Source: an uncultured Verrucomicrobiae bacterium
Lineage (GTDB): Bacteria > Verrucomicrobiota > Verrucomicrobiia > Limisphaerales > JAFGQR01
Length of the DNA: 64,000 nucleotides
Assembly: GCA_963788655.1 (NCBI GenBank)
Contig: CAWBHS010000039.1
Span: forward strand, 32,001-96,000
Direction: 5' to 3'
Shown: piece by piece, positions 52,467 to 64,000 of the stretch
Layout of the letters: each line of letters starts with the position of its first letter
Position numbering within the stretch: the stretch's first letter is position 1
Notes under the pieces: model-generated
The model's database searches: none
Told to the model about the DNA's origin: nothing
Seen by the model: only the letters and a program-made list of their open reading frames with translations
Translations under genes and position numbers: made by a program

Positions 52467-55400
52467 CTACGGTTTGCGCAGGCGGTAGAACCGGTTGCCG
52501 GTCGGCGCGGGGATCGAAATGAAAATGCTGCTGGCGTTGGTCTGGTAACTCGCGGTGCTCACTTCGGACCAGTCGCCAAGCGTAACGGATTGGTCGAGGA
52601 CGAAATCGTCCGCCGCTCTGGTCCAGGAGACGACCACGCTTCCGCCCGAATTCGTTACCAAGAGGCGCGGAGTCACGGGCTCGACACTGAACAGATAGAC
52701 CGCGCCGGCATTCGTCCCGTCCGTGTCGTTCAGTGGCGCGCCAACAATTATCCGGTCACTCCCCAGCGCGGCCATTGACGAACCGAACGAATAATCACGC
52801 GGGGTTGGATTCGCGATGGTGGCCAGCAATGTGCCGGCAGTGTTGATAAGATAGGCCACTCCTGAATAGGGCGCGGTGGTGCTATCCCTCGCCGCAATCA
52901 GTATTCGATCGCTCCCCACCGCCGCTAACGCGCGGCCAAAGCGTTCGTAGTACCCGGGGTGGGATCCGCGAAAGTCGTCAGGAACGTGCCGTTGGTATCG
53001 AACAGATACGCCGCCCCGGAATTACCAGTGGAAGCTGAATACCACGGCGCACCGACAAGAACTCGATCGTTCCCCGCCACTACCACTGAGTGGCCGAATG
53101 CTTCGTCATATCCACCGCTGGGATTGGTGAAGGTCTTCAGCAACGTGCCGTCGGTATCGTAGAGGTAGGCCGCGCCGAGTAGGTCACCCGTCCATGGGGC
53201 GCCAATAAGCACTCGGCCGCTACCAAGCGCCGCCACCGACATTCCCATGCCGGTTTCGCCCACGCCGTTGGTGAAAGTCTTCAACAACGTGCCGTCGGTG
53301 CCGAACAGAAATGCTGCCCCGTAATTTCCTCCAAACCACGGCGCGCCAATCACCACGCGGTCGTTCCCGACCCCTGCTACTGCCTGGCCGAAATGGTCAT
53401 CGAAGCCCGGTGCGGGATTGGTGAAGGCGGTGAGCAACGTGCCATTGGTCCTGAATAGGTACGCCGCGCCTGACCAAGGGTCCCAATCGCCGCCTAGGCT
53501 GTAATTTGGCGCGCCGATAATCACTCGATCATTCCCCACCGCCGCGACGGCCCGGCCGAAGTCGGCAGAGACTTGGGAACTGGGATTGGTGAAGGTGGTC
53601 AGCAAAGTGCCGGCAGTGCTGAACAAATACGCCGCCCCGCCGACCTGGTTGTCGCCGTAGCTCTGATAACCCGGCGCGCCGATGAGCAAGCGGTCACTTC
53701 CCAACGCCGCCACGGACGAGCCAAAGTATTGGGGGTATTCCGGGGTTGGATTGGTAAAGGTGGTCACCAAGGCGGTTTGGACGAAACCGGTGAACGGGGC
53801 GATCGCGGTGAGGGTGATGTCAAACGGATTCTGGTCCGCATCGCTGCTGGCGATATGGAGCGCCGCCTCGCGAACGCCAGGCGCGGCGGGAACGAAGTTG
53901 GCGGTGAACGTCGCGCTGCCACCCGGCGGCAACACCATGGCGGGACTGGCGGTGACACCAAACTCGGCAGCATTCGCCCCGTCAATGGTGAAGCTCAGGA
54001 CCGCGAAATCCTCAAGACTGGAGTTTCTGACCGTGAAAGTGCGTTGGGACCTGCTCCCGAACACTACCCTGCCAAAGTCCACACTGCTCACGCCGTCCAC
54101 AAGACCGACGCCGGCGGGTTGTTCGACCGCGACCTCAGGCGCCGGACACCGGACGCTGTCGAGATTGTCAATGGTCGCCCTGGCGACGTAGGCCGAAACC
54201 TTGCCTCCCGCCGTCGTGAACCGGCCCCCCGCATACAGGTTGCCGCCCGACACTGCCAGCACATCGACAGCCTCGTTGATCCCCGAACCGAGGGGCGACC
54301 AACAAGTCCCGTTCCATTTGGCAATGTGGTTGGCGGGGTAGCCCCCCGCCGTCGTGAAGAAGCCCCCCGCATACAGGTCGCTCCCCGATGCCGCCAACGC
54401 CAACACCACGGAGTTCATTCCCGAACCGAGTGCGCTCCAACTGCTGCCGTTCCATTTGGCGATGTACCTGCCGAGCTACCGCCCGCCATGGTGAAGGAGC
54501 CCCCCGCATACAAGTTGCTGCCCGACACCGCCAACGCCCACACGTCGTTATTCATTCCCGAACCGAGCGCGCTCCAACTGCTGCCGTTCCATTTGGCGAT
54601 TTTATTGGCCGCGATGCCGCCCGCCGTCGTGAATGTGCCCCCCGCATACAGGTCATTGCCCGAGACCGCGAGCGCATACACAGAAGCGAAACTGGGTCCC
54701 ATTCCCGAACCGAGGGCGCTCCAACTGCTCCCGTTCCATCGGGCAATGTGGTTGGCCGGAATGCCGCCCGCCATACTAAAGTAGCCCGCCGCGTACAGGT
54801 TGTTGCCCGCAACCGCCACCGTATAGACATAGGTGTTTATTCCCGAACCGAGTGCATTCCAACTGCTCCCGTCCCACTGGGCGATTCGACTGGCCGCGCG
54901 CCCTCCGGCCGTCGTGAACATCCCACCTGCGTAGAGGTTGCTGCCGAGCACAGCCAGCTCCCGCACCGAGTTGTTCATTCCCGAACCGAGCACGTTCCAA
55001 CTGCTCCCGTTCGATTTGGCGACGCTGTTGGCCACGCTACCGCCCGATGTTGTGAAGTCTCCTCCGGCATACACGTCGCTGCCCGATACTGCCAGCGCTG
55101 ACACATTGCCGTTGATCCCCGACGGGGAAGAACCCAGCGCGCTCCAACTGCTCTCATCCCATTTGGCGATGGAATTGGCCGCGGTCCCGCCCGCCATGGT
55201 GAAGTCGCCCCCCGCATACAGGTCGCTGCCCGACACTGCCAGCGCAAAGACGTCGTAATCGTTCATCCCCGTACCGAGGGGGCTCCAACTGCTCCCGTTC
55301 CATTTAGCAATGTGATTGGCCGTGCTGCCACCCGCCGTCCTGAAGTCGCCCGCTGCATACAGGTCGCTGCCCGACACCGTCAGCGCGGACACAGAAGGAT

Positions 55401-56303
55401 CGTAACTGCCGCCAACCCCCGAACCCAACGCCGACCAACTGCTCCCGTCCCACTTAGCGATGGAATTAGCCACGCTCCCGCCTGCCGTCGTGAAGTAGCC
55501 CCCTGCATACAGGTCGTGGCCGGACACGGCAAGCGCGGTCACCGACCCTCCGTAGTAGTCTTCGCCGTCCGGAGCGCCAATCCCTGAGCCTACCGCGCTC
55601 CAACCGGACCCATCCCACCGGGCGATGTTGGTGGCCGGATTCCCGTCCGCCATCGTGAACGAGCCCCCCGCATACAGATCGCTGCCCGATACGGCCAGCG
55701 CGTACACATAGCCATCTGTTATTCCCAAGCCCAGCGCACTCCAACTGGTCCCGTTCCATTTGGCGATGTTGGTGGCCGGGCTCCCGCCCGCCGTCGTGAA
55801 CCCGCCCGCCGCATACAGGTCGCCGCCCGACACCGCCAGCTCATACAAATAGCCGTCTATCCCCGAACCGAGCGGGCTCCAATTGCTCCCGTCCCATTTC
55901 GCAATGTGATTGGCCGTGATCCCGCCCGCATTCGTGAAATAGCCCGCCGCATACAGATTGCTGCCTGACACCGCCAGCGCCGCCACGATCTGGTTCATCC
56001 CCGAGCCGAGGGCCGACCAATTCTCCCATCCCATTTGGCGATGTGATTGGCAACGACACCGCCCACAACTGTAAATTGCCCCCCGATGTAGAGATGGCCT
56101 GAACCATCCACCACCGCCGCATGCACAGGGCCGTCCGCACCGGGAATGCTGGGATTCATGCTGATCCAATTGTCGTCGCTGAAGGTCGCAGCGGAGAGGG
56201 TGGCGGTGGACGCGCCGATCAGCAGCGCGGCGAGCCCGGCCGCGCGCGCCGCCGCGGCTGACCGCAACAGGCTCGGGATGGAATTGAGGGAGTTTGCTTT
56301 CAT
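52467..56303 (-). CDS. Large secreted repeat protein: beta-propeller repeats + Ig-like (ASH/choice-of-anchor D-like) domain + FG-GAP-like repeats + C-terminal RFYRL module (frameshifted into 4-5 ORFs)
   Basis: About 13 repeats WSALGSG..V.ALAVSGS.LYAGG.FTTAGG..AN.IAKW.G; FG.[SA]VA....[LV][LI]IGAP...GAAYLF repeats; ends NRFYRLRKP. Confidence 0.8.
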
Positions 56304-56334
56304 AGTTCTAGCGAGGCGAAGGTTCAGACCGGAA

Positions 56335-56432
56335 ACCACGAATGAACACGAATGAACACGAATGAACACGAATGAACACGAATTCGGACCAGGCCTTCCG
56401 CTCATTGATTCGTGTCGATTCGTGTGCATTCG
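56335..56432. repeat. Palindromic element of 10-bp repeats (AACACGAATG)n ... (ATTCGTGTxx)n; right arm split by the intron
   Basis: Four to five tandem units, then inverted units. The arm is completed by TGGTT at 58411. Confidence 0.75.
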
Positions 56433-58410
56433 GAAAGCGCCAAGCAAGCTTGGTGGTTCTTGTTAACTGCAACGTGTTAACCATGATAAATGGTCGAGAG
56501 TCATGTAGCCGACCCTTAAGCGGGTGGGAGCGATCCTGCCCGTTGAAGCTGGGGAAGGCCAATGCGCGAGCCGTAGCGTTCCGCGAACTCGGTTCGGCCT
56601 CGTTACACAAAACTGGGAGTGGCCAGCCTGCCGGATGTGGTGAAGCCCGCATCGGTCGGGAAGATTCGATCCCATGCACCGACCGGACTCCCCGGGGTGA
56701 GAGGAGACAGCGCGCGCAGAAAGAACCACTGGGAACTTGGGAGGCCCGGTTCGGAGTCCTGGCCTGTAACGCAGGACAACCCCTGGCGGGAAGCCATAAC
56801 CGCTGGTGGGGCCGAATCGCGGCGTCGGATGGGCTCATAGTAGCGTCGATCTGCCGATCAAGTTGGCAGGGAGCCAAGGAGCCCTGGCCAGAGTCAAGCC
56901 GAGTCAGAGGAATCCGGAGCTGATTGGGATGGAGTTCATTCCTACAACAGAAGAAGCGGTGGAGGAACTTTCCTTCCGGGAAGCGATCCTGCCGCCGAGC
57001 CTGCGGGAACTGAGACAGAAGCTGGGCCAGAAAGCCAAACAACAGAAGCGGTTTCGCTTCTACAGTCTCTACGCTTTGGTGTATCGAACCGACGTGCTGC
57101 AAGCGGCTTGGGCCGCGGTGCGGCGCAACGACGGTGCGCCGGGCGTGGACGGAGTGAGCATCGAACAGATCACCACGACGCCGGAAAGCGAAGCGGCATT
57201 TCTGTCCGAGATCGAACGGAGCCTGAGGGACAAAACCTATCGTGCCCAAGCGGTGCGGCGGGTGTATATCTCGAAGGCCAACGGCAAGTTGCGGCCGTTG
57301 GGCATTCCGACGGTGCGGGACCGGGTGGTGCAAGCGGCGGTGTTGCTGATCCTGGAGCCGATCTTCGAAGCCGACTTTGAAGACTGCTCCCACGGGTTTC
57401 GGCCCGGACGATCGGCGCACGATGCCTTGCGCGCCATCCAACAGCACCTGAAGGAGGGTCAAACGGCGGTGTATGATGCGGATCTGGCTGGCTACTTCGA
57501 CAGCATTCCCCACGATAAGCTGATCGCTTGCGTGCGGATGCGCGTGGTGGACGGTTCGGTCCTGGGACTGATCCGACAATGGCTCAAGGCGCCGGTGGTG
57601 GAACCGCCCCCAGGGGGACAACCACCCACGGTGCGACGCAACGACCGGGGCACCCCCCAAGGTGGAGTGCTTTCGCCGTTGCTGGCCAATGTCTATTTGC
57701 ACTGGTTCGACCACCTCTTCCAACGAGGAGATGGACCGGCGCAATGGGCCAAAGCGAAGCTGATCCGTTACGCGGACGACTTCGTGGTCATGGCTCGCTA
57801 CATCAGTCCGAAGTTGCGGGAATGGATCGAGGGCAAACTGGAAGGCTGGCTGGACCTGCAAATCAACCGGGATAAAACTCGGATCGTGGATTTGAAGCAA
57901 TCGGGCCAGAGCCTGGATTTCCTGGGCTACACCTTTCGGTATGACCGCGATCAATACGGTCGGCCGCAGCGTTACTGGAACCTGGAACCGTCGCGCAAAA
58001 CGATGGAGCGGGAACGGAAAGCGTTGCGAGGGTTGATCAACCCGCATCAGAGTCATACGCCCATGCCGGAGTTGATTGGACGGGTGAACCGTCACCTGCG
58101 GGGTTGGTCCAACTACTTCAAGTTGGGCTATCCGCGGAAGGCATTTCGTCAGCTCAATCACTTCGTGCGGTATCGGTTGGGACGGCATCTGCAACGTCGC
58201 AGCCAACGGGGTTGGCGAGCCCGTGAGGGCGTCAGCCTGTATGCTCACTTGGACCATCTGGGACTGGTTGCGTTGTGAATGCTTTGTGGAAGAGCCGACA
58301 CTGGCGAGAGCCGGATGGGGGAAATCTCCATGTCCGGTTCGACGAGGGAGAGGGAAGCGGCGGTCATTGGTTTTCGGGCCTTTCATTCCGTGCTTTCCTC
58401 TCTACTCTAC
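56433..58410 (+). mobile_element. Group II intron
   Basis: RT ORF; domain V GAGCCGGATGGGGGAAATCTCCATGTCCGGTTC; domain VI with a bulged A 7 nt from the CTAC 3' end. The 5' boundary is inferred from target reconstruction. Confidence 0.88.
56929..58278 (+). CDS. ltrA: Group II intron reverse transcriptase/maturase without endonuclease domain
   Basis: [64 protein letters not shown]; no HNH domain. Alternative start at 56806. Confidence 0.95.
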   Translation: MEFIPTTEEAVEELSFREAILPPSLRELRQKLGQKAKQQKRFRFYSLYALVYRTDVLQAAWAAVRRNDGAPGVDGVSIEQITTTPESEAAFLSEIERSLRDKTYRAQAVRRVYISKANGKLRPLGIPTVRDRVVQAAVLLILEPIFEADFEDCSHGFRPGRSAHDALRAIQQHLKEGQTAVYDADLAGYFDSIPHDKLIACVRMRVVDGSVLGLIRQWLKAPVVEPPPGGQPPTVRRNDRGTPQGGVLSPLLANVYLHWFDHLFQRGDGPAQWAKAKLIRYADDFVVMARYISPKLREWIEGKLEGWLDLQINRDKTRIVDLKQSGQSLDFLGYTFRYDRDQYGRPQRYWNLEPSRKTMERERKALRGLINPHQSHTPMPELIGRVNRHLRGWSNYFKLGYPRKAFRQLNHFVRYRLGRHLQRRSQRGWRAREGVSLYAHLDHLGLVAL

Positions 58411-58472
58411 TGGTTCAAAAACTTGATCTGGCTACTACGTGATTTGCACTGCGGGCGTTGGTGAATTTCCGT

Positions 58473-60095
58473 TCAAGGCACTGGCACGCCCACACGGTAT
58501 AAGCGGGGTATCGGGCCGACGGCGTTAGTGTCGTTAAAGGTGGTCGTGCCGGGTTGGCCGGGAAGGTTGGTCGCCAGGGGAAAGAACAGCGGCGTGGCGG
58601 ATAGGTTGGTGTTGCACTCCACCACATAACTCCGGTTGGTCACGCTCGTCCAGGTGAGGGTGACGTGGGTGGGCGTGATCACCGGCGAAGCAAGCCACAG
58701 CTCGGACAGGGCGTTGGTGGGATCAGTCCCAGCCATCCACTCCTGCCAATTGTTGTGACCGTCCTGGTCCGTGTCCGCGGCATCCGCCGAGCCGTCGGTG
58801 GGCAGGCCGGATTGCTGGAGCCAGGCGTAGGAAATCGTGCTGGCGGGCGACTGGAATTCGTAGGCGCCGATGTCCACCGTGCCGCCGGCGATGCGCGGAA
58901 GGCCGTCCAGGTCCGTGGCGGCGGTGACGTAGGCATTGTTGCCGGCGTTGATGCAGGGAGAGTTGGATTGAAGCCGCAGATTGCTCCAACCGTTCGTGTC
59001 CACGAACAGCGGCGCATTGGTGATGTTCCCGACTCCGCTCGTAGGGGCGGGTGTGGTGGAGCAGTAATTAAGATCGCAGTCGTAGTCGTAGTTGGCACCG
59101 CTCCAGTTGTCGTTGTTGTGATAGAGGATGGAGTTGTTGATTCTGCTATAGTACGCTCCGCCGATACTGTCGGCTGAATTGCCGATTACCGTACAGTTAT
59201 TGAGCAGAGAATTGTCTGCGCCGCCTCCGAACCCGGTAGCCGAATTCCCAATGATCAAGCAGTTATTTAACGCACAGACGGTAGCTCCACCGCCGTGCCA
59301 AATGGCTGTATTGCCCTTCAACGTGCAGTTGTTAAGAGTGCCGCCGGCAGCGCCGCCGCCGCCGCTGGATGTTCCCAGAGCCGAGTTGCCCACGAGCGTG
59401 CAGTGGTTCAGCGTGCCATCGCGGGTCGCGCCGCCCTGCCAACCAGCTGAATTGCCGGTGAAGGTGCAGTTGTTCAGTGTAGCATCGCGGGCTCCCCCGC
59501 CATACCAACCTGCTGAATTCCCCATGAAGGTGCAGTTGTTGAGCGAGCCACTGAAAATCCCGCCAGCGTCGGAAGCGGCTGAGTTGCCTTTGAACACGCA
59601 GTTGGACACCACAACATCCAGCCCCTCGCACCATGCCCCGCCCCCGGAATGATTAGGGTTCCACCAGTCGTTGGACGAACCCTTGGTAGCTCCATTCGTC
59701 AGCGTGAAGCCCGCCAGCACCGCGCCGTTGGTCAGATACGCGCATCGGATCGCGTTGTCACCGATGGGTCCGGAGCCCACGATGCTTGTGTACGCCGGTC
59801 CGTCGACGCTCCGCACTGTCACCGGCTTGGTCACGGCCACGCGGTTGCTCATGCCATACACCGCGCGCGCTCCGGTCTGATAGACACCGTTCGTCACCAC
59901 GATTTCGTCGCCATCCACGGCGGCATCCACGGCGTCCTGAATGGTCACAGCGGCGGTGGCCCAGGAACTGTAGGGGGCGAGGGCGTTGGTGTTGGCGGCG
60001 TCCACATAGAGGGTGGCGGCACGTGTGCCGACAAAAGCGGATAACAAGGGCAACAGGCAAATGATCGTCGCGATTTTGGAGAAACGGGCTTTCAT
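58473..60095 (-). CDS. Secreted right-handed beta-helix / choice-of-anchor Q-like protein
   Basis: Signal peptide; TIQDAVDAA; 22-aa LNNCT..GNSA..GGG repeats; LRLQSNSPCINAG...DIGAYE; D.D.DG.NNWQEW.AGTDP; C-terminal RLYRV. Confidence 0.85.
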   Translation of the reverse strand: MKARFSKIATIICLLPLLSAFVGTRAATLYVDAANTNALAPYSSWATAAVTIQDAVDAAVDGDEIVVTNGVYQTGARAVYGMSNRVAVTKPVTVRSVDGPAYTSIVGSGPIGDNAIRCAYLTNGAVLAGFTLTNGATKGSSNDWWNPNHSGGGAWCEGLDVVVSNCVFKGNSAASDAGGIFSGSLNNCTFMGNSAGWYGGGARDATLNNCTFTGNSAGWQGGATRDGTLNHCTLVGNSALGTSSGGGGAAGGTLNNCTLKGNTAIWHGGGATVCALNNCLIIGNSATGFGGGADNSLLNNCTVIGNSADSIGGAYYSRINNSILYHNNDNWSGANYDYDCDLNYCSTTPAPTSGVGNITNAPLFVDTNGWSNLRLQSNSPCINAGNNAYVTAATDLDGLPRIAGGTVDIGAYEFQSPASTISYAWLQQSGLPTDGSADAADTDQDGHNNWQEWMAGTDPTNALSELWLASPVITPTHVTLTWTSVTNRSYVVECNTNLSATPLFFPLATNLPGQPGTTTFNDTNAVGPIPRLYRVGVPVP

Positions 60096-60147
60096 AGAGT
60101 CTTGGGCTTTCTCTTCAGGGTTTGGACAAGCGATAAAAGTCATCTTC

Positions 60148-63100
60148 TCAATGCTTTTGCAGCACGCGAAAGAATCGCGCGGGAAGGGTCCTGCCGGCAG
60201 GATCGGTGATTTGCAGCAGGCCATTCGTGAGCGCAATGGAATTGGTTAGCCGGGTCCAATGCTCCAGGGCGAGAGCAAGGTTGGTTGAAGCATAAATCTC
60301 GCACAAAGCCAGATTGGCCTCCGTTACGGGCATGCCATCGGCGCGGCCCAGGCGCATCTGACAAGTTCCATCCGCCGCTACTTGTGAGCTGTACAACTTC
60401 AAGGCGTCGCCAGGGACTTCATAGGCTCCCATGTCCGCGGTTCCGCCCATCACGCGCGGGTTGCCATCGAGATCAGTTAGGCCGGGCGCATAAAGATTCA
60501 AGCCCGCGTTGATGCAAGGGGAGCTGGATTGCAGGCGGAAGTTGCCACCGAGGCGATTTAGGAACAGCGGCTCGGCGGTGATGTTGCCGAGGCCATGGGT
60601 CGGTGCTGGCCAGGCGCAACAATGGTTCAAAGTGAGACCCGTATAGTTAGGTTGTTCCTGTGCCGTGTTGTAATAAATAATGCAGTTGTAAAGTGTGCCG
60701 CCAAGAATCCCGCCGCCCCAATTGGCCGAGTTAGCCGTCAAGGTGCAGTTGCTGAGGACGCCAAAATACGACCCCCCGCCCGCATCCGCTGAATTGCCGG
60801 TCAAAAGGCAGTTTCTGAGCGATGCAGAACAGGAGCCGCCACCGTTCGTAGCCGAGTTGCCGATTAGGGTGCAGTTCCAGAGCGTGCCATAATAGGAGCC
60901 GCCGCCGTTCGTAGCGGAGTTGGCGCTCAACGTGCAGTTGCTGAGCACGCCGGAATAGGAGCCGCCGCCCAAATCCGCCGAATTGCCGGTCAAGCTGCAT
61001 TTGTAAAGCTCGCAATGGTACGTGCCCCCACCAGAATCTGCCGCGTTGCCATTGATGATGCAGTAATTGAGCGTGTTAGAACACGCGCCGCCGCCGAAGG
61101 TCGCCCCATTGTTGGTCAAAATGCACTTAGTGAGCAGGCCCGAATACGCGCCACCGCCGAGGACAGCCCCGTTGTTGGTCAAGGTGCAATTGTAGAGTTT
61201 GCCGGAATGGGAGCCGCCGCCATTCGTCGCCGAGTTGCCCGTAAAGAGGCAGTTGCTGAGTGTGCCGGAAAAGGAGCCGCCGCCGAAAGTGGCCCGATTG
61301 CTGATGAAGGTGCAGTTGTTGAGTTCGCCATGCCACGAACCACCGCCCTGTTCAGCCGAGTTCCCGATAAACGTGCAGTTATTCAGCGTGCCATAAATGG
61401 AGCCGCCGCCGCCGTAAGCAGCCGAGTTGTTGATAAAGGTGCAGTTCGTTACCATGGCCGTCGAAGAGCACCAGACGCCTCCACCGTAGTATGTAGTCGC
61501 TCCGTTGGTCAAAGTGAACCCGCTCAGAACCGCTCTGTCGGCCAAATAAACACACCGCATGGCCCCATCCCCGTTAGTCGTCCCCGGCGTCTGGTAGCCT
61601 TGGATTACGGTTACTTCCGGCCCATTGACGCTCCGCAGCACCATTTGCCTTTTCACTGATACCCTTTGGTATCTCCCGCCAAGGGCATAGACGCCGTTAG
61701 TGACCAGGACGGTGTCGCCGTCCTGCGCGGCATCAACGGCGTCCTGGATCACATGCGCCGCCGTATCCCAGGTGGCGTAGGGAGGAGCAGGGGCAGGGCT
61801 GTCCTGCCGGACGTACAAGAGGACTGCGTCTAACCGCATGCCCACGCCAAAGGGGTTGCTCTCCCCTGCAATGCCAGCGTCGGTTTCAGCCCGCAAGCTA
61901 ACGTTGGGAGCCAATACCGGAATCATCACCTCGCCCGCCCAGCAGCCATTGGTAAAGGATCCCGAGGCGCTGGGGGTAACCGTTGCGTCGGCGCCCAGCA
62001 GGGAAAAGGAAACCGGACCGGTAAAGTTCGTGATGATGTCATTTACCACATCCTGGGCGGTGATGGTTATTGTAAATGGGACGCCAACCTGTTGAGGGGA
62101 GGCAATGGGGCTGAAACCAAAATGATGGAGTGTGCCCGGTGGAATCACCTGGACCAAAACCGTGGTACAGATACCCCCTGGAAAGCTGTCATTGTATCCG
62201 GTCAAACGCACCGGGTAGAACCCCGGTATGTTCCAACTATGGCTCAGGTATGGGGTATTGCTCACCAGCACCCCGCCGCCAAAATCCCAGACACTGTCCG
62301 TGATTGGCCCCTCGATGTGAGCCAGGAACGAGACGGGGAAACCCGGGCCCACTTTGGTAGAGCCCGCTTCGATAGCCATGCTGAGCAGGCCGGTGACACT
62401 GCCGGCCGAAACCTGATCGGCCCCCATGCAGGGAGGATTCAGCCAGGGCTCGCCGTCAATGTCCACGCCGCGGACATAAGCGGCGCTGCCGCGTCCGATG
62501 CAGGGTGAGCCAAGCGAAAGATGGGATGCGGAGGCGAGTTGGGGCGGGTCGCTGATATTTCCGATGCCATTGGTCGGTGTTGGCAGAGTGCAAGAATAGT
62601 TCAAAGTGGTGTAAACATAGTTGGATCCTTGCGGTGCATTGTTGTAATAGACAATGCAATTGTTGAGCGTGCCAGAATACGAGCCGCCGCCGTAGGAAGC
62701 CGAATTGCCGGTCAAGGTGCAGTTGTTCAGCGTGTCATTACACGAACCGCCTCCGTAGGAAGCCGAGTTGCCGGTTAAGATGCAGTTGTTGAGCTTGCCG
62801 GAACACGAGCCGCCGCCGCCAGACGAAGCCGAATTGCCGCTCAAGGTGCAGTTGTTGAGCGTGCTATATAAGGCGCCGCCACCGGACTCAGCCGAGTTGC
62901 CGGTCAAAGTGCAGTTGTTGAGCGTGCCACCATACGAGCCGCCACCGCCATGAAAGGCGGAGTTACCCACCAGCACACAGTTGCTTAGCACGGCACCCGA
63001 TTCGCACCATACTCCCCCGGCGCGCTTCTCCTTGATATAATCCCCGCTGGTCCGGGTGTGACCATTCTTCAGGGTAAACCCGCTCAATATTGTGTTAGAC

Positions 63101-64000
63101 CTGACGTAGGCGCAACGAACAGCCCCCTCGCCGCATCCGCGTGCTTTCGGCCCCGCAGCTCCCATGATGAACGTCACCTCCGGGCCATTGACACTGCGCA
63201 CCACCATGTTTGGGCCCAGAACCACGCGGTTGGTCATCAGCCCCACGAGCGCCTTGCCACCCCGGGCGTAAACCCCGTTGGTCACCAATACGGTCCGCCC
63301 GATCTCGTTCCCGGCATCAATCGCACTCTGGATGTCCGTCGCCGCCGTGGACCAATCGGCGTACGGAAAAGCCGGCGTGGCATTGGAAGCGTTGACATAA
63401 TAAACTGCTCTGACCACCTGGACCAGGATCGTGGCGCTGACCCCCCCGGGAAAACTGTCATTGTAACCAGTTAAGCGGACGGTGTAGAGCCCCGGCTCGC
63501 TCCAGCTATGGCTCAGGTAAGGAGTGTTGCTCACCACCACCCCATCGCCAAAATCCCAAACACTGGCCATGATCGACCCCACATTCTGGGCCACGAACGG
63601 GACGTCAAAATCAGTGGCCACATTGGTGTAACCAGCCTGAATCCCCATACTGAGCGGGCCGGGAGCGCTGCCGGCCCAAAACTGGTCCGCGCCCATGCAA
63701 GGTGGATTCAGCCACGGTTCCCCGTCGATATCCACGCCGCTGATATAAGCCGCGCTACCCCGGCCAATACATGGCGAACCGGCCGAAAGATGAGAGGCCG
63801 AGGCGAGTTGGGGCGGATCGCTGATATTGCCCGGACCCGGCGGCACAGGAGTGGTGCAGCAATAGTTAAACCGTGACGGATAGTAGGATGTCGAAGAGTA
63901 ATTAACTCCCTCGAAGGCATTGTTGTAATAAACGATGCAGTTGTTGAGCGTGTCAGCAAACGAACCGCCACCGGAGAGAAGCCGAGTTGCCGGTCAAGGT
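60148..64000 (-). CDS. Large beta-helix + PKD-domain surface protein (5' end outside the window)
   Basis: PKD motifs VWDFG.G...HSW..PG.Y.VRLT, NCTL.GNSA repeats, C-terminal RFFRV. The repeats continue to the window edge across one frameshift. Confidence 0.85.

Noticed and set aside
56308..58386. 692-aa minus-strand ORF (also 39195-40541, 19535-20626, 21582-23123 and similar)
   Set aside because: Antisense or alternate-frame shadows of well-supported genes in GC-rich DNA, with no motifs of their own.
59150..62950. Periodic ~66-bp nucleotide repeats as a non-coding array
   Set aside because: They are in-frame 22-aa beta-helix repeats (NCTL.GNSA..GGG) of the surface proteins.

Overview
GC-rich bacterial chromosome segment, by inference from Verrucomicrobiota (Pedosphaera/Limisphaerales-like gene content and C-terminal 'FYRL' modules). 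Many clearly functional genes (thrS, leuS, murJ, korA, hsdS/R, acr3) carry single-base frameshifts, which I read as long-read indel errors. From left to right: (1) an island next to the 3' end of tRNA-Arg(UCG), with a type I restriction-modification operon (hsdM end, hsdS, hsdR) and a minus-strand array of five attC-like sites and small cassette genes but no intI (CALIN-like); (2) thrS with a candidate leaderless Thr-Thr leader-peptide attenuator, an internal insertion and a diverged second copy of its 3' end bracketing an FGE-sulfatase-domain gene; (3) an unannotated 5-gene operon, four of whose products share one helix + beta-hairpin module; (4) housekeeping genes (leuS, CBS protein, murJ, MBL hydrolase, clan-A glycoside hydrolase, gcvR-like, TPR, HAD, korAB, rsmD); (5) a 10-gene arsenic cluster (arsR-arsC-arsM-acr3, arsR-arsP-trx-[Trx/NosL/MerB-like fusion]-P5CR-like-ccdA); (6) MtaA/UroD + DUF1638, ECF sigma + Ser/Thr kinase + HEAT protein, Tat aldo-keto reductase, DUF6786-like; (7) large secreted repeat proteins, with a group II intron inserted inside a palindromic repeat between them. 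Intergenic DNA holds many REP-like palindromes and a 280-bp MITE. The best candidates for undescribed systems are the paralogous operon at 13.7-17.6 kb, the Cys-substituted MerB-like thioredoxin fusion in the ars cluster, and the thrS attenuator. All family assignments come from motif recognition only; no database searches were run.
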